A stretch of 64,000 nucleotides of DNA from Flaccisagitta enflata (lineage: Eukaryota): NCBI GenBank assembly GCA_965153355.1, contig OZ231126.1:40858001-40922000 (forward strand), written 5' to 3'. Made by a program: the position numbers and the translations under genes. The notes below the pieces were generated by a model that had not been told where the DNA came from, ran no database searches, and saw only the letters and a program-made list of their open reading frames with translations. Of the stretch, positions 14,441 to 29,080 are shown piece by piece (within the stretch, counting starts at the first letter, position 1; the number at the start of each line of letters is the position of its first letter).

Positions 14441-16097
14441 TTTTGTCCGCGACGGAATATCATTCCGACGCGGACTATAATTCAAGGCGGGTGGGTGTCG
14501 TCGTCGTCGTCGTCGTTGTCGTCGTCGTCGTTGTCGTCCCGGATTTTAAAAAATGGATAACTTTTTTATGCTTTGACCGATTTGGTTCATATTTGGTGGG
14601 AAGTTGTGCTAGGGTAAGGCGCTTTACATCCTATCCGATTTTTGTGATCCGACCAACCCAACCGGCCCAACCAGCCTACCGGCCTAAAAGTGAAAAACGT
14701 GCATAACTTTGGCATTTTTCAACCGATTTGGCTGAAATTTGGTATGGAGTCTCTAAATGGAAGGCCTCAACATATGTATATGATTTATATGCATTTGAGC
14801 ATGCTAACCGGCCAAACCGACCTACCACCCAACCAGCCAACCGGCCTAAAAGTGAAAAACTTGCGTAACTTTGTCATTTTTCAACTGATTTGGTTGAAAC
14901 TTGGTATGGAGTCTCTAAATGGAAGGACTCAGCATATGCAAACTATTTATCCTGTTAAACCAGCCTACCACCCAACCAGCCTACTGGCCTAAAAGTGAAA
15001 AACGTGCATAACTTTGGCATTTTTCAACTGATTTGGCTGAAATTTGGTATGGAGTCTCTAAATGGAAGGCCTCAACATATGTATATGATTTATATGCATT
15101 TGAGCATGCTAACCGGCCAAACCGACCTACCACCCAACCAGCCAACCGGCCTTAAAGTGAAAAACTTGCGTAACTTTGTCATTTTTCAACTGATTTGGTT
15201 GAAACTTGGTATGGAGTCTCTAGATGGAAGGACTCAGCATATGCACACTATTTATCCTGTCAAACCAGCCTACCACCCAACCAGCCTACCAGCCTAAAAG
15301 TGAAAAATGTGTATAACTTTGGCATTTTTCAACCAATTTGGTTGAAATTTGGTATGGAGTCTCTAAATGGAAGGCCTCAACATACGTATATGATTTATAT
15401 GCATTTGAGCATGCTAACCGGCCAAACCGACCTACCACCCAACCAGCCTACCTACCAAAAAGTGAAAACTTGCATAACTTTGTCATTTTTCAACCAATTT
15501 GGTTGAAACTTGGTATGGAGTCTCTAAATGGAAGAACTCAACATATGCACACTATTTATCCTGTCAAACCAGCCTACCACTCAACCAGCCTACGAGCCTA
15601 AAAGTGAAAAATGTGCATATCTTTGGCGTTTTTCAACCAATTTGGTTGAAATTTGGTATGGAGTCTCTAAATGGAAGGACTCAGCACATGTATGTGATTT
15701 ATTTATGTTTGAGCATGCCAACCAGCCAAACCCACCTACCACCCAACCAGCTTATCTGCCTAAAAGTTAAAAACTTGCATAAATTGGACATTTTTCAACC
15801 AATTTGGTTGAAACTTGGTATGGAGTCTCTAAATGAAAGAACTCAACATATGCACACTATTTATCCAAACCAGTTTACCACCCAACCACCCTACTAGCCT
15901 AAAAGTGAAAAATGTGCATAACTTTGCCATTTTTCAACGGATTTGCATGAAACTTTGTATGGAGGCTCCTAATGTAAAGAATTATAGTTTTAGCGAACTT
16001 ACGGGGTTAGCAATCTTTTGGTCATAGCGATCTTATGGAATTGGTGATCTATAACCCCCTTCCGTCGCGGACCCAGATACTGATCAGATTTTTTTTT
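14441..16097 (+). mobile_element. Large HINE-like element, family E, with a central ~305-bp higher-order tandem repeat (alternating ~162 and ~143 bp, about 4 dimers)
   Basis: 5' palindrome gtccgcgacgga..tccgacgcggac, (GTC)n, tandem array ~14660-15975, 3' subTIR tccgtcgcggac at 16061, and T-runs on both sides. Confidence 0.75.
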
Positions 16098-16449
16098 CAT
16101 TCAAAAAGATCCTGATGAAGGAGGGATGGTGGGGATGAAATGGATGAACAGGAGACAATGTACATCTTTAACAAACACACACAAAGTGTCATGTGTCCTG
16201 GAATTTTGGTTAACCCCTTTTTTTTGGAAATGTTTTGGAAAACGTCATGAAGCGGGTGTGTAACATTGTTGGTTGCTACCTTTTACAGAAAATCATCAGT
16301 TGTCAAACAAGTTATTCTTTTTTCGTTTCTTTCTGTGCGTTTCTCCGTACATTTTTTTTTTTGTTCTTTCTACTTTCCTGTTTTCTTCCTTTTGCAGTGT
16401 TCACACTTGACACCTCCACAAATCTTCTTGCTTTTGGTTTTCTTTTTAT

Positions 16450-16932
16450 TATTCTTGTTCTTCTTGTTCTTCTTGTTCTCCTCCTTCTTTATTTTCTTCT
16501 TCTTTTTCTTCTTCTTCTTTTTCTTTTTCTTTTTCTTTTTCTTTTTCTTTTTCTTTTTCTTTTTCTTTTTCTTTTTCTTTTTCTTCTTCTTTTTCTTTTT
16601 TCTTCTTCTTCTTCTTCTTCTTCTTCTTCTTCTTCTTCTTCTTCTTCTTCTTCTTCTTCTTCTTCTTCTTCTTTTTCTTTTTCTTTTTCTTCTTCTTCTT
16701 CATCTTCTTCTTCATCATCATCTTCTTCTTCTTCTTCTTCTTCTTTTTCTTCTTCCCCTACTGCTGCTGCTGCTGCTTCATTTTCTTCTTCTTCTTCCTC
16801 ATCTTTTTCCTTTTCTTCTTTTTTTTTTTCCTTTTTTTTTCTTTTCTTCTTTTCTTCTTCTTGTTCTTCTTCTTGTTCATGTTGTTCTTCTTCTTTTGTG
16901 TCTCCTTCTCCCTCTTCCTCTTCTTCTTTCTC
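16450..16932. repeat. (TTC)n/(TTTTTC)n tract
   Basis: Direct inspection. Confidence 0.95.
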
Positions 16933-17350
16933 TTAAATGAAAAACGTAAAAATCGTAGAGAACTTGATCAATCAGAAAAAAAGAAAGAAAAGAAAAAAGA
17001 ACAAGGCCGGATACACGGCAAGACAGTCGCGGACGGTTGGGCAGGAGCAGTAATGCAAAAACTGCTCGCAATTCAGAAATGTTACGGACGGACCGACGGA
17101 CGGACCGACCGACACGGCAAGGTGTAGAGTCGCGTGTCCGCGACTTAAAAGAACGTAGTGCTGAACACCGTCTATGGGCCATTAGGTAAACAGATAGACA
17201 TGTGGACAGTCTCACTCCTTTCTTGTCCGTTTTCAGCTTCTTATCATTCTCTCGTTCCGAGCTCCTCTTCCTTATCCTCCTTTATTTTTCGCTCCAGGCT
17301 TCTCCATTGTCTTCTTACTCAACCTCCTAATCTCCTTAAATTTTTCTTCT

Positions 17351-18690
17351 TTTTAGTCACGTGCTACGCGACTTCAAACCCCACCATGTTGGTCCGTCGG
17401 TCGGTTGGTTGGTCAGTAGGTTGGTGGTCCGTCGGTCCCCTTTTTGGGCAGCGGCCCCAAAGGGGTCGATGACCTATGCTTTCCCACTTATGAGGAATTC
17501 TTCTCCTTCTTCTTCTTCTTCTTCTTCTTCTTCTTCTTCTTCTTCTTCTTCTTCTTCTTCTTCTTCTTCTTCTTCTTCTTCTTCTTCTTCTTCTTCTTCT
17601 TCAGCGTACCCCCTCAAATCCCAGTCTCAAGGCCCAAATCCTAGCCTTGAGGCCCTAATCTTAGCCCGGAGGCCTAAATTTCAGCCTTGAGGCCAAAATT
17701 TCAGCTTCCAGGCCATATCTCAGCCTCCGGGCTAGGATTTGGGCCGTGAGGCTAGGATTTGGTCCTCGAGGGTGGGATTTGAGCCTCAAGACTGGGATTT
17801 GGGCATCGAGGCTGGAATTTGGGCCTCGAGGCTGGGATTTGAGGGGGGGTACGCTGAAGAATAAGAAGGAGAAAATTCCCCACTTGTGTGAAAGCATTGG
17901 TCATCGACCCCTACGGGGCCGCTGCCCTGCTTCCCCTTCAACTTAAAGCGCAACCTACTTAAGCAGGGCGGGCCATCTAACGCTTTTGGGAATATTACTT
18001 TTTCGGCGTTTTTGAGCTTTTTGGGCAGCGGCCCCAAAGGGCCGATGTCCTGTAGGACACAGGGGGGAATTTCCAGACGTCCGTCCGTCCGTCCGTCCTT
18101 CCGTCCGTCCCCCCCCCCGGTTGGCCATCGAGGCCTCATATCACTCTCAGGCCTGATTTAGGCCCTCTGAGCCCTCAAATTAGCCCTCCAGGCCTCAAAT
18201 CAGCTCTCCGAGCCTCAAATCAGCTCTCCAGGCCTCAAATCAGCTCTCCAGGCATCAAATCAGCTCTCCAGGCCTCAAATCCGCTCTCCAGACCTCAAAT
18301 CAGCATTCCAGGCTCCAAATCAGCCCTCCAGGCCTCAAATCTGCCTAAGGCCTGCCCCCAGACCTCAAATCTAATCTTCAGGCATAAATCTTCCCCCAGA
18401 CCTCAAACCCCGCCTCAATTACCTCCTAAGCCTGCTATATTCCCCCTCAGGACGTCTGGAAAATCCCCCCTGTGTCCTACAGGACATCGGCCCTTTGGGG
18501 CCGCTGCCCTGCTCTCACTCCACTACTTCACTTGATCACCCCAAGCAGGGCATCGGGTACCGCTGACCATGTGCGATCCTTGGATGACTAGTTGATCCTA
18601 CTGCTCATGCCCAAATGCTCTAGTGACCTTCTCCCGCACTGCTCCTACCCACCCGCACGCCACTGGGGTAGCCTTGTATCCGGCCTTGTT
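17351..18690 (+). mobile_element. Family A HINE with two nested family B insertions (~17440-17995 and ~18018-18593)
   Basis: Same architecture as 12986-14271. Confidence 0.8.
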
Positions 18691-19133
18691 TTTAGTCGCG
18701 TGCACGCGACTCTACAACCCGCTCTGTCTGTCTGTCTGTCTGTCTGTCTGTCGGTCGGTCGGTTGGTCGGTCACACTTAGCTTTTTTCGCGCTTACGGGT
18801 GGTTTTGGAGTTACTGCTCCTGCCCAACAGCTTGGTTGGTCTATTTCTTCACTGCCCCTGCCCACCCGCACGCGACTTGTGTCACGGTATGGCCTTTTCA
18901 GTCGCGGACACGCGACTCTACACCTTACCGTGTCGGTCGGTCGGTAGGTCGGTCGGTCGGTAGATCGGTCGGTCCGTCCGTCACATTTTTAGTCGCGGAC
19001 ACGCGACTCCACCTTGCCGTGTCGGTCGGTCGGTCCGTCCGTCCGTCCGTCACATTTTTGATTTCCGAGCGGTTTTTGCATTACTGCTCCTGCCCAACCG
19101 TCCGCGACTAGATTGCCGTGTATCCGGCCTTGT
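18690..19133 (+). mobile_element. Head-to-tail cluster of HINE family A and F elements
   Basis: Three consecutive 5' palindromes at ~18694, ~18900 and ~18991 and one complete 3' hairpin at ~19115. Confidence 0.7.
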
Positions 19134-20206
19134 TCATTAAAATGTCAAAAAAACAAAAACAAAAACAAAAACAAAAAAAAAACAAGTAAAGTCCTTTGCC
19201 GAGTCAATTATGAAGCAAAAAAGAACAAAGAATTGTTGATAAAAAATGATAGGAAAAAAATTAAAGACGAGCTGATTGTTAGATTCGAGACAGAGAATGG
19301 AGTTGGAGCCATGAGGTCGTGCACACTGCAAGCTTTTGTGAGAGTAGGCACACAGTATGCCAACCGACAAGATTTGCGCAGTTACTGCTCAATCACGGTG
19401 CAACCGAATTGAAACCAAATGAGGTCAGCGAAATATGTAATGTTGTCTAGACCGCAATTCCATACAAAGGGCAACAATCGCGGACGATTGGGCAGTGGCA
19501 ATATTTCAAAAAAATACTTAGTCAACTCAAACTGACTTAAATTCTATAAAAAAAAGACAAAAACAACGGCAATTCAATGATATGACAGACAGACCGACGA
19601 GCTGACGGACAGATCGACCGATGGACCGATACAGCAGGTGAAGAGTCACGAAGTAGGATGGACAAAGTGTACTTTAGAAGGCATCAAGAGAATATCAACA
19701 GTAGTTTAAAGTTATTGAGGATTAAAGAAACTGTTTTGGTTGCACAGTCAACAAACGTTCTGCCCGTAACGAAATCTCGCCTTAAAAAAATGGAAATTAA
19801 GTCCTTTCAAAAAAAAATTCATATGTTGGCGTTAAAGAAATTATCGGTGAAAAAGTATTTCAGTAGTCCTATGGAGTTTGTTAGAATGATTCTTAGCTGC
19901 ACTTATCTTATTCCTTACAGTTTAATGTGGGTGAAAGATTTGATTTCCCTTAGGCCATAGTGAGACATGAGTTAGTAGAGATACACTGCAGTGATGATAA
20001 ATGGAGCTCATTTGCTTCAGGCCTAGAGGCAGATCGAGAACAGATGAATGGATGGACAAATGGCCAACTCTGTATAGAAGTCTGATCATTTCCTTCGATC
20101 CATTTAGTGCCGATATCACTACCTTATAAGGCAATGAAACAGAACGATTGAGTTCGAAGCATATGAAGGAAAAGACGTTCATCAAAGAAATCCTTTTTGC
20201 GATAAA

Positions 20207-20773
<567 letters not shown>

Positions 20774-21015
20774 GAGGAAGCAAAGATTAAAGACTGTCTA
20801 GGAGAAATTCAAAATGACTTTAAGGGCTTCAGAAAATCAAAAGAAGATAGGCGAGGGAGAAAAAGAGAGACATGATGGCGTTGAGGAAGGTGATTGAGGT
20901 AACGCAATTTGATGAACATGATGAAGGCTGATAGATATGGATGACGATTACGACGATTGATAGGTTAGTAATTCTGAAACTTTAGAAAAGACGTAATCCC
21001 CTTTAGAGCATCTGA

Positions 21016-21332
<317 letters not shown>

Positions 21333-22619
21333 TAATGTTGATTCCATTTATGAAACATAGTTCCGTAGAGTTAACTCTCACGGAGCTATTTTGGATCTAT
21401 TTTGTATGGTGCACCAAAGTACAGACACGCGCGACTGAAAGCGATAGGAAGTGGTGTTTGAAGAAAAAAAGAAAGAAAGAAAGAAAGAGAAAAACCTAGA
21501 TACGGTTGTCTTTGCCCCACTTAATGACCGATCGTAGTTTGTTGTTGTCAGTGGAGTAGAAGCAGGGCAGCTTGCCAATTCGGACAACGTTAGGAATCCG
21601 TTTCTTTTCCTCTTTCTCCATCATCTAAAGAAATTATCGCAGACGAAAAAAAAAAAAAAAGATGGCGGACACAAGGCTGCCTAAAACGATTACGTAAAGT
21701 GATTAACTTGTTAAACAAGCTAAGAGTAAGCCTAAAAATTTGCTTACATAGTTGCGTGCACTGGAAATTATGTGAACGGTACGAAGAGAGATGTCGAAAG
21801 AAATCCGGTATCAAAAGCGACTATGACTGTACGTGAAAAAAATTGCCACATCGAGGGGCGTATGGGAAGGGACGTCAGCTATTATCCCACACAGCAGGGG
21901 CCATGTACATACAACCACCCTTTTGCCTGTCTATCCATCACCCTCCCTTCATCCTCAGGGCCTTTGGGGTCCTTTCTGACCCAAATTCTGCCAAAGGAGG
22001 CCCAAATCTAAACAAATTGGCTCAAATCTTAGCTAGAGTCCTACATTTTGGCGGCTACGTAAGATCCCGATTCTAGCCTTCAAGACCCAGAATATAGCCC
22101 TAGACACGCCGATGCTTGCCTCTAAGCTCAGATCCTAGCCTCCAGGACCCTTATCCTGGCCTTAAAGATCCAGATCCTGGCCTCAAAGACTCAGATCCTG
22201 GTTTCTCTGACAAAGATTTAGGCCTCTAAGGGCCAGATCTTAACCTTTCAAGGCACAAATCCCGGCCTCCATTATCATGATCCCTGTCTCTAGGATTCAT
22301 ATCCTAGACAGATGGACAGATAGACGGACGGTCGGACAGATTCCCCCTGTTTACTACATGATTTAGTCCCCTTCAGAGCCTGGCTTCCTCCTCAACTTAA
22401 TTAACTAACCACTCAAACAGGGCACGTGTACCGCAAACGATATAAGCATGTACTGCATTTGGGTCGCGTTTATCATTGGTTAAGAAGCGTTTTTTGCAAA
22501 AGATCATTGATTTCTTTTTACAAATCTCAAAAAACTAGAAGAGTTATGAGTAAATGCGCTGCAGTTCTCTACTGGCTGATAAAAAAGACAGGAAGATGTT
22601 AAAACTTTTCGCCTTAAAT

Positions 22620-22740
22620 TTTGTGCGACAAAGCACCTCTACAACTGGCTGTGTCCGTTGGTCGGTCGGTCGGTCGGTCTGTAACGCATTCGTTCGATGA
22701 TCCACACGTCGCACCTTATCGGTCTACTTGGCCTTGTTCT
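22620..22740 (+). mobile_element. Minimal HINE-like element, family D
   Basis: Near-identical to 23155-23283. Confidence 0.7.
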
Positions 22741-23154
22741 TTATCAAACCCAATAAGTATCTCGGTTTAAAAGCCACAGGTTATAGCTGCTAGAAACCAT
22801 TCGTCCGACTAACCAACAGACGAACCAAGAAAAAAACGAAATTACAAATTCAAAAATTCAAAAATTCAGAAATTCACGCGACGAAAAAAATATTAAGAAA
22901 GAAATGGAAACACGAAGGAAACGCAATAAATAATCCTGGAAGCAAAGAGAGATTTCGAGTTGTTGAGGCGGAGAAATTACAAGGCCGGATACATGGTTGC
23001 CCCTGTCGCGCGCAAAGGGGCAGGTGCATAGCTGCGGTAGACAGTCTTGGCAAAAACTACTCTTTATCGACGAAAATGCTATTGATAGGGAGAATCTCAT
23101 AATGCCAGTTGCTACGTAAAAGCGACTAGTCTCCATGTTATAGGGGAAAACAAC

Positions 23155-23283
23155 TTTTTAGGTGCGACAAAGCACCTCTATAACTGGCTGTGTCCGTCGG
23201 TCGGTCGGTCGGTCGGTCTGTCTGTAACGCATTCGTTCGACGATTCACACGTCGCACCTATTGGCCTACTTGGCCTTGTTTTT
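23155..23283 (+). mobile_element. Minimal HINE-like element, family D
   Basis: ttttaggtgcgacaaagcacct, (GTCG)n, subTIR gtcgcacct, hairpin ggcctacttggcc, TTGTTT. Confidence 0.75.
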
Positions 23284-23674
23284 TAAACTTGAATTGAAGA
23301 AGAGTTTGTCAAGGTAGTGGAATGGAAAGAAAATGATACATTGGTTTTGAGTAATTACCATTGGCCATGCCACATAAGGCAGGAATTGATTATCCAGAGA
23401 CAGGACATAAAAAAAACCAAACTTAATATTTCAGTGGCATCAATGATCTGGGATGAGAGTGAATGCCGCACCAACTGATGGATAGACTCATGGACGGAAA
23501 TATCGGCCGACCGACTGAGTGGGGCATAGAGTTGCATGTACCAAACCTAAAACTAAGGAAAAAACGGGGAAAAAGAAGTTGAAATTCAGACGGAAGAGGA
23601 AAAAAAAACAAAAAAAAAAACACTAAGACGTGGGACGCCGAAAGCTGAAGCGAGTGAATTCGCGTGGAGGAAAA

Positions 23675-23678
<4 letters not shown>

Positions 23679-23715
<37 letters not shown>

Positions 23716-23768
23716 AAGAGAGAAATGCGTGAGAGCACGTGATATTCTGAAAGGGAGAAGGAGAGAGA

Positions 23769-23860
<92 letters not shown>
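23679..23860. repeat. (GA)n followed by (CA)n microsatellites
   Basis: Direct inspection. Confidence 0.95.
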
Positions 23861-23865
<5 letters not shown>

Positions 23866-24096
23866 TGATTGGTGACTGTTGCATGTTAATTCGTTTTATG
23901 CAAATATGATGTTTCGTATAACTTCTTTTTTTCATAGTTAATTCATAAATTGAATGAATATTTTTTTCATTGAGAATTCAAATGGAAATGAAACAAAAGC
24001 TAAAAACACCAAGATAAAATGGAAACGAAAGTATAGCAACAACAAGGCCGGATAAACGGCCAAAAAGTAGCCGCTGGCGGGTGGGCAGGGGCAGTA

Positions 24097-24680
24097 ACAC
24101 CTGTTTACAATTATTGAGACGGTAATGTTTCAAAAGAATGTATTTTTTAACTACTGGTAAGAAAGAATAAAAATCCCTGAAATCGGGTATTAGTTAAGTG
24201 TTTTCCAGTATATTCCACTTTATTTTCTACATTTAGCCCCAGTTTGGTTGCTTATTTTCAACTAAATCACCTCATGACGACCAGCCAACAACACATAGGC
24301 ATCGTTTTTTTCATAACTTTGGTCTGAACTTTGAGGGGGTTGCCCTTTGATGAATCAATTAAAATCCATGGGCAAATCAAAGAACTGCTCGTAAGCTGTT
24401 TAGTCGTGAACTCCGCATCTGATAACCTTTATCTATATAGATTTGCCAAGCATTTGAAGTTGGTGTGGTTTTTCCAGTAATTTTGCAGTGATTTGCATGG
24501 GTAATGTTTTTACTGTTCTTGATCCTGAATGATTTTGTCTGAAGCAATCTGGGTAAAATTCATGAGCAAAATGAAAATTTTTTCAAGCTCTAACAGAAGA
24601 AAAAATCCGCACGTTGCTAAGTGTCACCATTTAGACTTGACAGTTGTTTGATTTTGGGACAATGATTGTTAAACAGGTGT
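24097..24680. mobile_element. TIR element with ACACC termini and a TA TSD, nested in a HINE (24041-24860, minus)
   Basis: TA-acacctgtttacaat ... attgttaaacaggtgt-TA. Removing it restores the host motif ggggcagtaatg. Confidence 0.7.
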
Positions 24681-25664
24681 TAATGTAGGTGAGCAGGGGC
24701 AGTTGTTTGGTGGGCAGGTCTGTAATGTGGCTGGGCCCCTGCCCAACCGTAATGCTCAGAAATCAGTATTTCAGCCGATTTCGCGTCAGCCAAATTTCGC
24801 GTTACCGACCTTCCTTCGGACGGACACAGCCTTGTATAGAGTCTTTAGCCAGCGACTAAAAACAGAAAAGAAAGAGACAAAGAAAAATAGCAAAAAAGCA
24901 AAATGAGAGGGAGAAATAAAGATCAATTTTAAATTCAATATTCCATCGGTTTTGCGTCTTTCCGTGATTCAAATACAATCGAAAGAAACAAAAAATGGAG
25001 GCAAGGGAAAATTGGATGAAAAAAACGGCTGAAGTAGAGAGGTTGTGGGCAGTGGGCACAACGGGGGAAGGGGAATGGTGTAAAGAGTTGGGAGTTGGGG
25101 GTGGTGGGCAGTGGGCACAACGGGGGAGTTGATAGTTGGAGGTGAGGGGCAGTGAGCAATGGGCAGTGGGCAGTGGGCAAAACGGGGGAAGGGAAAAGGC
25201 ACAAAGAGTTGGAGGTGGCGGGAGCCTCCCCCCCTCTGCTGCTGAATCGATCCGTCCATGTCAAATCATCTCTTTCCATCTGTCCGTCTGTCTTTCTACT
25301 TTTGCTGTCCCCGGTATCTCATCAACTCCGTTTATCTGCATAACTGCGCGTTTGTCAGCGTCTCATCGTTACTTATTCTCTTTTCATACCCCTGTTGATG
25401 TGTCCATCTATCCAATTATCCATCTAAGCACATCTATGCATGATATCGTTTTCCTCCATTTACTCGTCTGTCAATTTCTCATTATCTCCTCTCCCTTTTT
25501 ATGTCCCTGTACATCTGTCCCTCTATCTACGTTGGTATCCAATTCTCTTCATCCATCTACCCGTCTGTCCATGTCTCATTCGGGTGCTTCACATAGCAAA
25601 AGTTGGGAGTATCCCTTCACCCTACAAAAGTAAAATGAAGGTACAAAAGTTATAAAGATGGTCA

Positions 25665-25870
25665 TTTTTAGTCGCGTGCACGCGACTCTCCAACCCGCTT
25701 TGTCCGTCGGTCAGTGGGTTGGTTGGTTGGTTGGTTGGTCACACTTTACTTTCTTTTTATGATTTTATCTCTTTGACCTCACTGCTCCTGCCCAATTGGT
25801 CTGGTGACCTCAAATATAGCCCCTACCCACCCGCACGCGACTTCGGTAGCGGTGTATCCAGCCTTGTTTT
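25665..25870 (+). mobile_element. Complete uninterrupted family A HINE
   Basis: tttttagtcgcgtgcacgcgact ... gcacgcgact ... gtgtatccagccttgttt. Confidence 0.8.
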
Positions 25871-26840
25871 TTTTTTCAAAATTCCTTCATCCTCCGTTTT
25901 TGTTTTGGCCCTAAAATTCCTTTAGAAATTCCAGAAATCAGCAAACTTCTGTGCAGTTTTATTGCTAAAAGGAGAATTATTTGTTTTAGAAAATCAAAGT
26001 ATTTGTAAGAATAGACTAAAATATCAGAACATGAGCAATGAAAGAGCTTACTAAATGGCAGATTTACAATTCTATAATGAGTAGAAATTAGTAAAAGTTG
26101 ATTCAAAGAATGTCAGCATTTTGATTTATCCCAACGCATTTTGCAAATTAGCTCCTTCAGAACAATTTGCTAAAAAAACGGAAGATGAATAATTTTTTGT
26201 AAAAGAAAAATAGTAAGAATCCTAAAATCAGCAACTCCATATTAGATAAAAAGGGTAAAAAGAAATAACAAACTTTTGCTATATGAAACACCCAAATGTC
26301 TCATCTTGCCCCTCTTGGTTTTTCTGTCCCTATCGGTGTCCTATAGTCTAATTCCTTTTTTCGCTGTTCATCTCCATCTGTTCTTCTGTTTGTATCCCAA
26401 CGTTCCCTCTCTATTATTCATCCCCATCCATTTGTCTTCATCGCTGTCCATCTATTCCTCCAATCATGTCTGTCCGTCTGTCTGTTCGCATTTCATTGTC
26501 CATGTCCATTTGTCCGTTTGTCGTTGTCCCATCGTCCCCTCCCCTTTTTGCCGCTTGCCGATTTTTTTTTCCCGCAAAAGGAAACGATTATTGCCCCGAG
26601 GAAGGGAAAAGTTTTCCCTCCCTCTTTTCCATTAAAAAGAAAGGAGAAAAAAGCTATCAAAGCACACGAATCCAACGCAACCAAAGGAAAAGAAAGAGAT
26701 GAAAGAAAGATAAGAATGTGAGACAACGATACAGACGTACAAATGTAAACAGATTCGACGAAAAAGTCCATAGTATCTTCCCCCCCCCCCCTTTCTATCA
26801 AACTTCTTCCTCTTATGTATAGTATAACATTTATACTATA

Positions 26841-27885
26841 CAGGGTGTTTCATATAAAATGAAATATAAGGAAACGATACTACTGTGCTTCTAAAAATGA
26901 GAAAATAATTTTGAAAAAAGATTCATAGAGCTCTTGAGCTCCGATCTCTCATGTAACAAATTCATTGGTTTCAGCTAACATTCCACACTCGACTTATCCA
27001 CGAAGTTGAATAAGAGGCTGAAAGAAATCTAGCAAAGGAAATCTACCTAGATCTTGCATTAACCAAAGTTAAAAAGGCTTAGGTAAAACAGAAAATCATA
27101 ACCTTTCCGTCATTGGATTATTTTTCGCTTAAAAAACTACTTCGCCGAAACAGCCAAAAAGATCAAGTGTGATCCGGAACCTCTGATTTCGCCGCCTTTC
27201 TCTGGTCTAATTTTTCATCAAAACATTCTCTGTTATTGAATAAGAAGAGCGCAATTGTTTTAAACATCAACAAGTGATGTTAGATAGAAGAACAAAGTCG
27301 TAGTCTTTCAGGGGATTTCATCTAAAACTGTTTTCACTCTTGATTTGATAGAAAGAAATAAGAAAAAAACAAAACTAAGAAAATTCTAAACTTCATGGAA
27401 TATGCAGGATAAGACCCTCTTTTAGCTTCTCCCAGCGGCACAAGTTTTTGTTCATGATAGTTTGGCTACAACATGGATTTGAAGTAAAATGAATATTTAT
27501 GGTCAATTGTTTTTCCATCCTGGAAGTTTTTCTTTAAATTACTCTTACTTCAAAAAGGGTTTGACCTACAGTTGCCAGATTGGATTCAGATGGAAGAAAA
27601 TTTGAATATCTTTAATTTGAGACCAATCTGGGATCTGTAACTCAAGCTGTTTAGAAATAAGAACAATTTGAAGGAAAACTTCCGAGAAAGAAGAAATATG
27701 GACTCTAAATATTCATTTTTCTCCACATCGATGATAGCGCCAAACTATTTAACTTAGACCCATGTAATTTTTACATGAAAATCGGAGTGTAAGAGCTCTT
27801 AGAATCTTTTTTCAGAATTGTTCTTTCATCTTTAGAAACAGAATGACATCGTTTTCTTATATTTCATTTGATGTGAAACACCCTG
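26841..27885. mobile_element. Non-autonomous Tc1/mariner-like element with ~130-bp imperfect TIRs
   Basis: TA-cagggtgtttca..aatgaaatataag at the left and cttatatttcatt..tgaaacaccctg-TA at the right. Confidence 0.85.
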
Positions 27886-28620
27886 TACCTAGGAGGAAGA
27901 AGTTTGGGGGAAGGGGAGGGGGATGGATGTTTGGGCGACCGAGGATGTGATAAGAATAGAAACGAAAAGGTCGAAAATAGCAAGGCCGGATACACGACCA
28001 CCCAAGTCGCGTGCAGGTGGAAGAAGCAGTGAATAAAATAGCTAACCAAGCATTTTGGCAGGAGTGGTAATGCGAAAAACGCCAGTAAACGCCGAAAAAG
28101 CTAAGTGTTACCGACCTTTGAAGCAAATTACTCACCATTGATTGTTTGCATATTAGTCAAGGATGATCAGCACGCAATTATTCATCTAACACTGGATGTT
28201 TAATTTGTTTTTCTCCTATGACTTTTAGGCTGTCGGACACAGAACGAGAGAGAAACAGTACTAATAAAATTGAAATCAACCCGAAAAGGGCAGGAATAGA
28301 AAAAATGGGATAAAATCTTGCGTAACGATAAATACATAGACGTAAGAACACAGCACAAATATAAGCACAAAAATGTGTGAACACAGAGCACTGCCCAGAT
28401 GGATGAAAATGTCGTTGAATCGGAAACTCGAAACTCATAACATCAAAAATCCGCGTTTCTGAGTCTCACGCTCAGTTCTCGTTTTCCTCTTTGGCCATAA
28501 AAATTAATGCACGAAGTTTTCAGTGCCAAAATGGTTGGTAGAAAGATGACAGTTGAAACAGTTTACATGGAGATGTTACTTTTTTTACCATTGTTTCATA
28601 CTTATCAAACTTATCAATCC

Positions 28621-29080
28621 CTTTTGGGCAGCGGCCTCGAAGGGGCCAATGACCCATGCCTTCACAAATGGGAAAATTTCTCCTCCTTCTTGTCGTCCTT
28701 CTCCTGCATCCCCCTCCCTTGGTAAAATCCCAGCCCTGAACTCGAAATCCCAACCTCGAGGCTCAAATCCTAGCCACGGGGCCCAAATCCTTGCCGTAAG
28801 CTCAAATTTGCCTTAAGGCCCATGCACCACCCTCAAGGCCAAAATCCAAGTCTTGAAACCCAAATCCAACCTTTTTAAGCAAATTTCTGGCTTGAGGCCC
28901 AAATTGCAAGCCTTTTCCACAAACCCAATGGCCAAAAGACATCCCACGACTCGACTCCCCATCACCCCAAGCATAACTCATGGTCCCTTTGGGGTCACTG
29001 CCCCTCTCACTATCTCATCCCTACATACACTTACTTTGGGGCATCGGGTCCCGCTGACCACCAAATGCTTTTGCGACTAT
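28621..29080 (+). mobile_element. HINE-like family B element
   Basis: ttttgggcagcggcc start, ~21-bp repeats, tail ggggcatcgggtcccgctgacc..ttttgcgactatt. Confidence 0.65.

Noticed and set aside
14690-16027. Repeated ~100-aa ORFs
   Set aside because: By-products of the 305-bp tandem repeat; the frame shifts between units.
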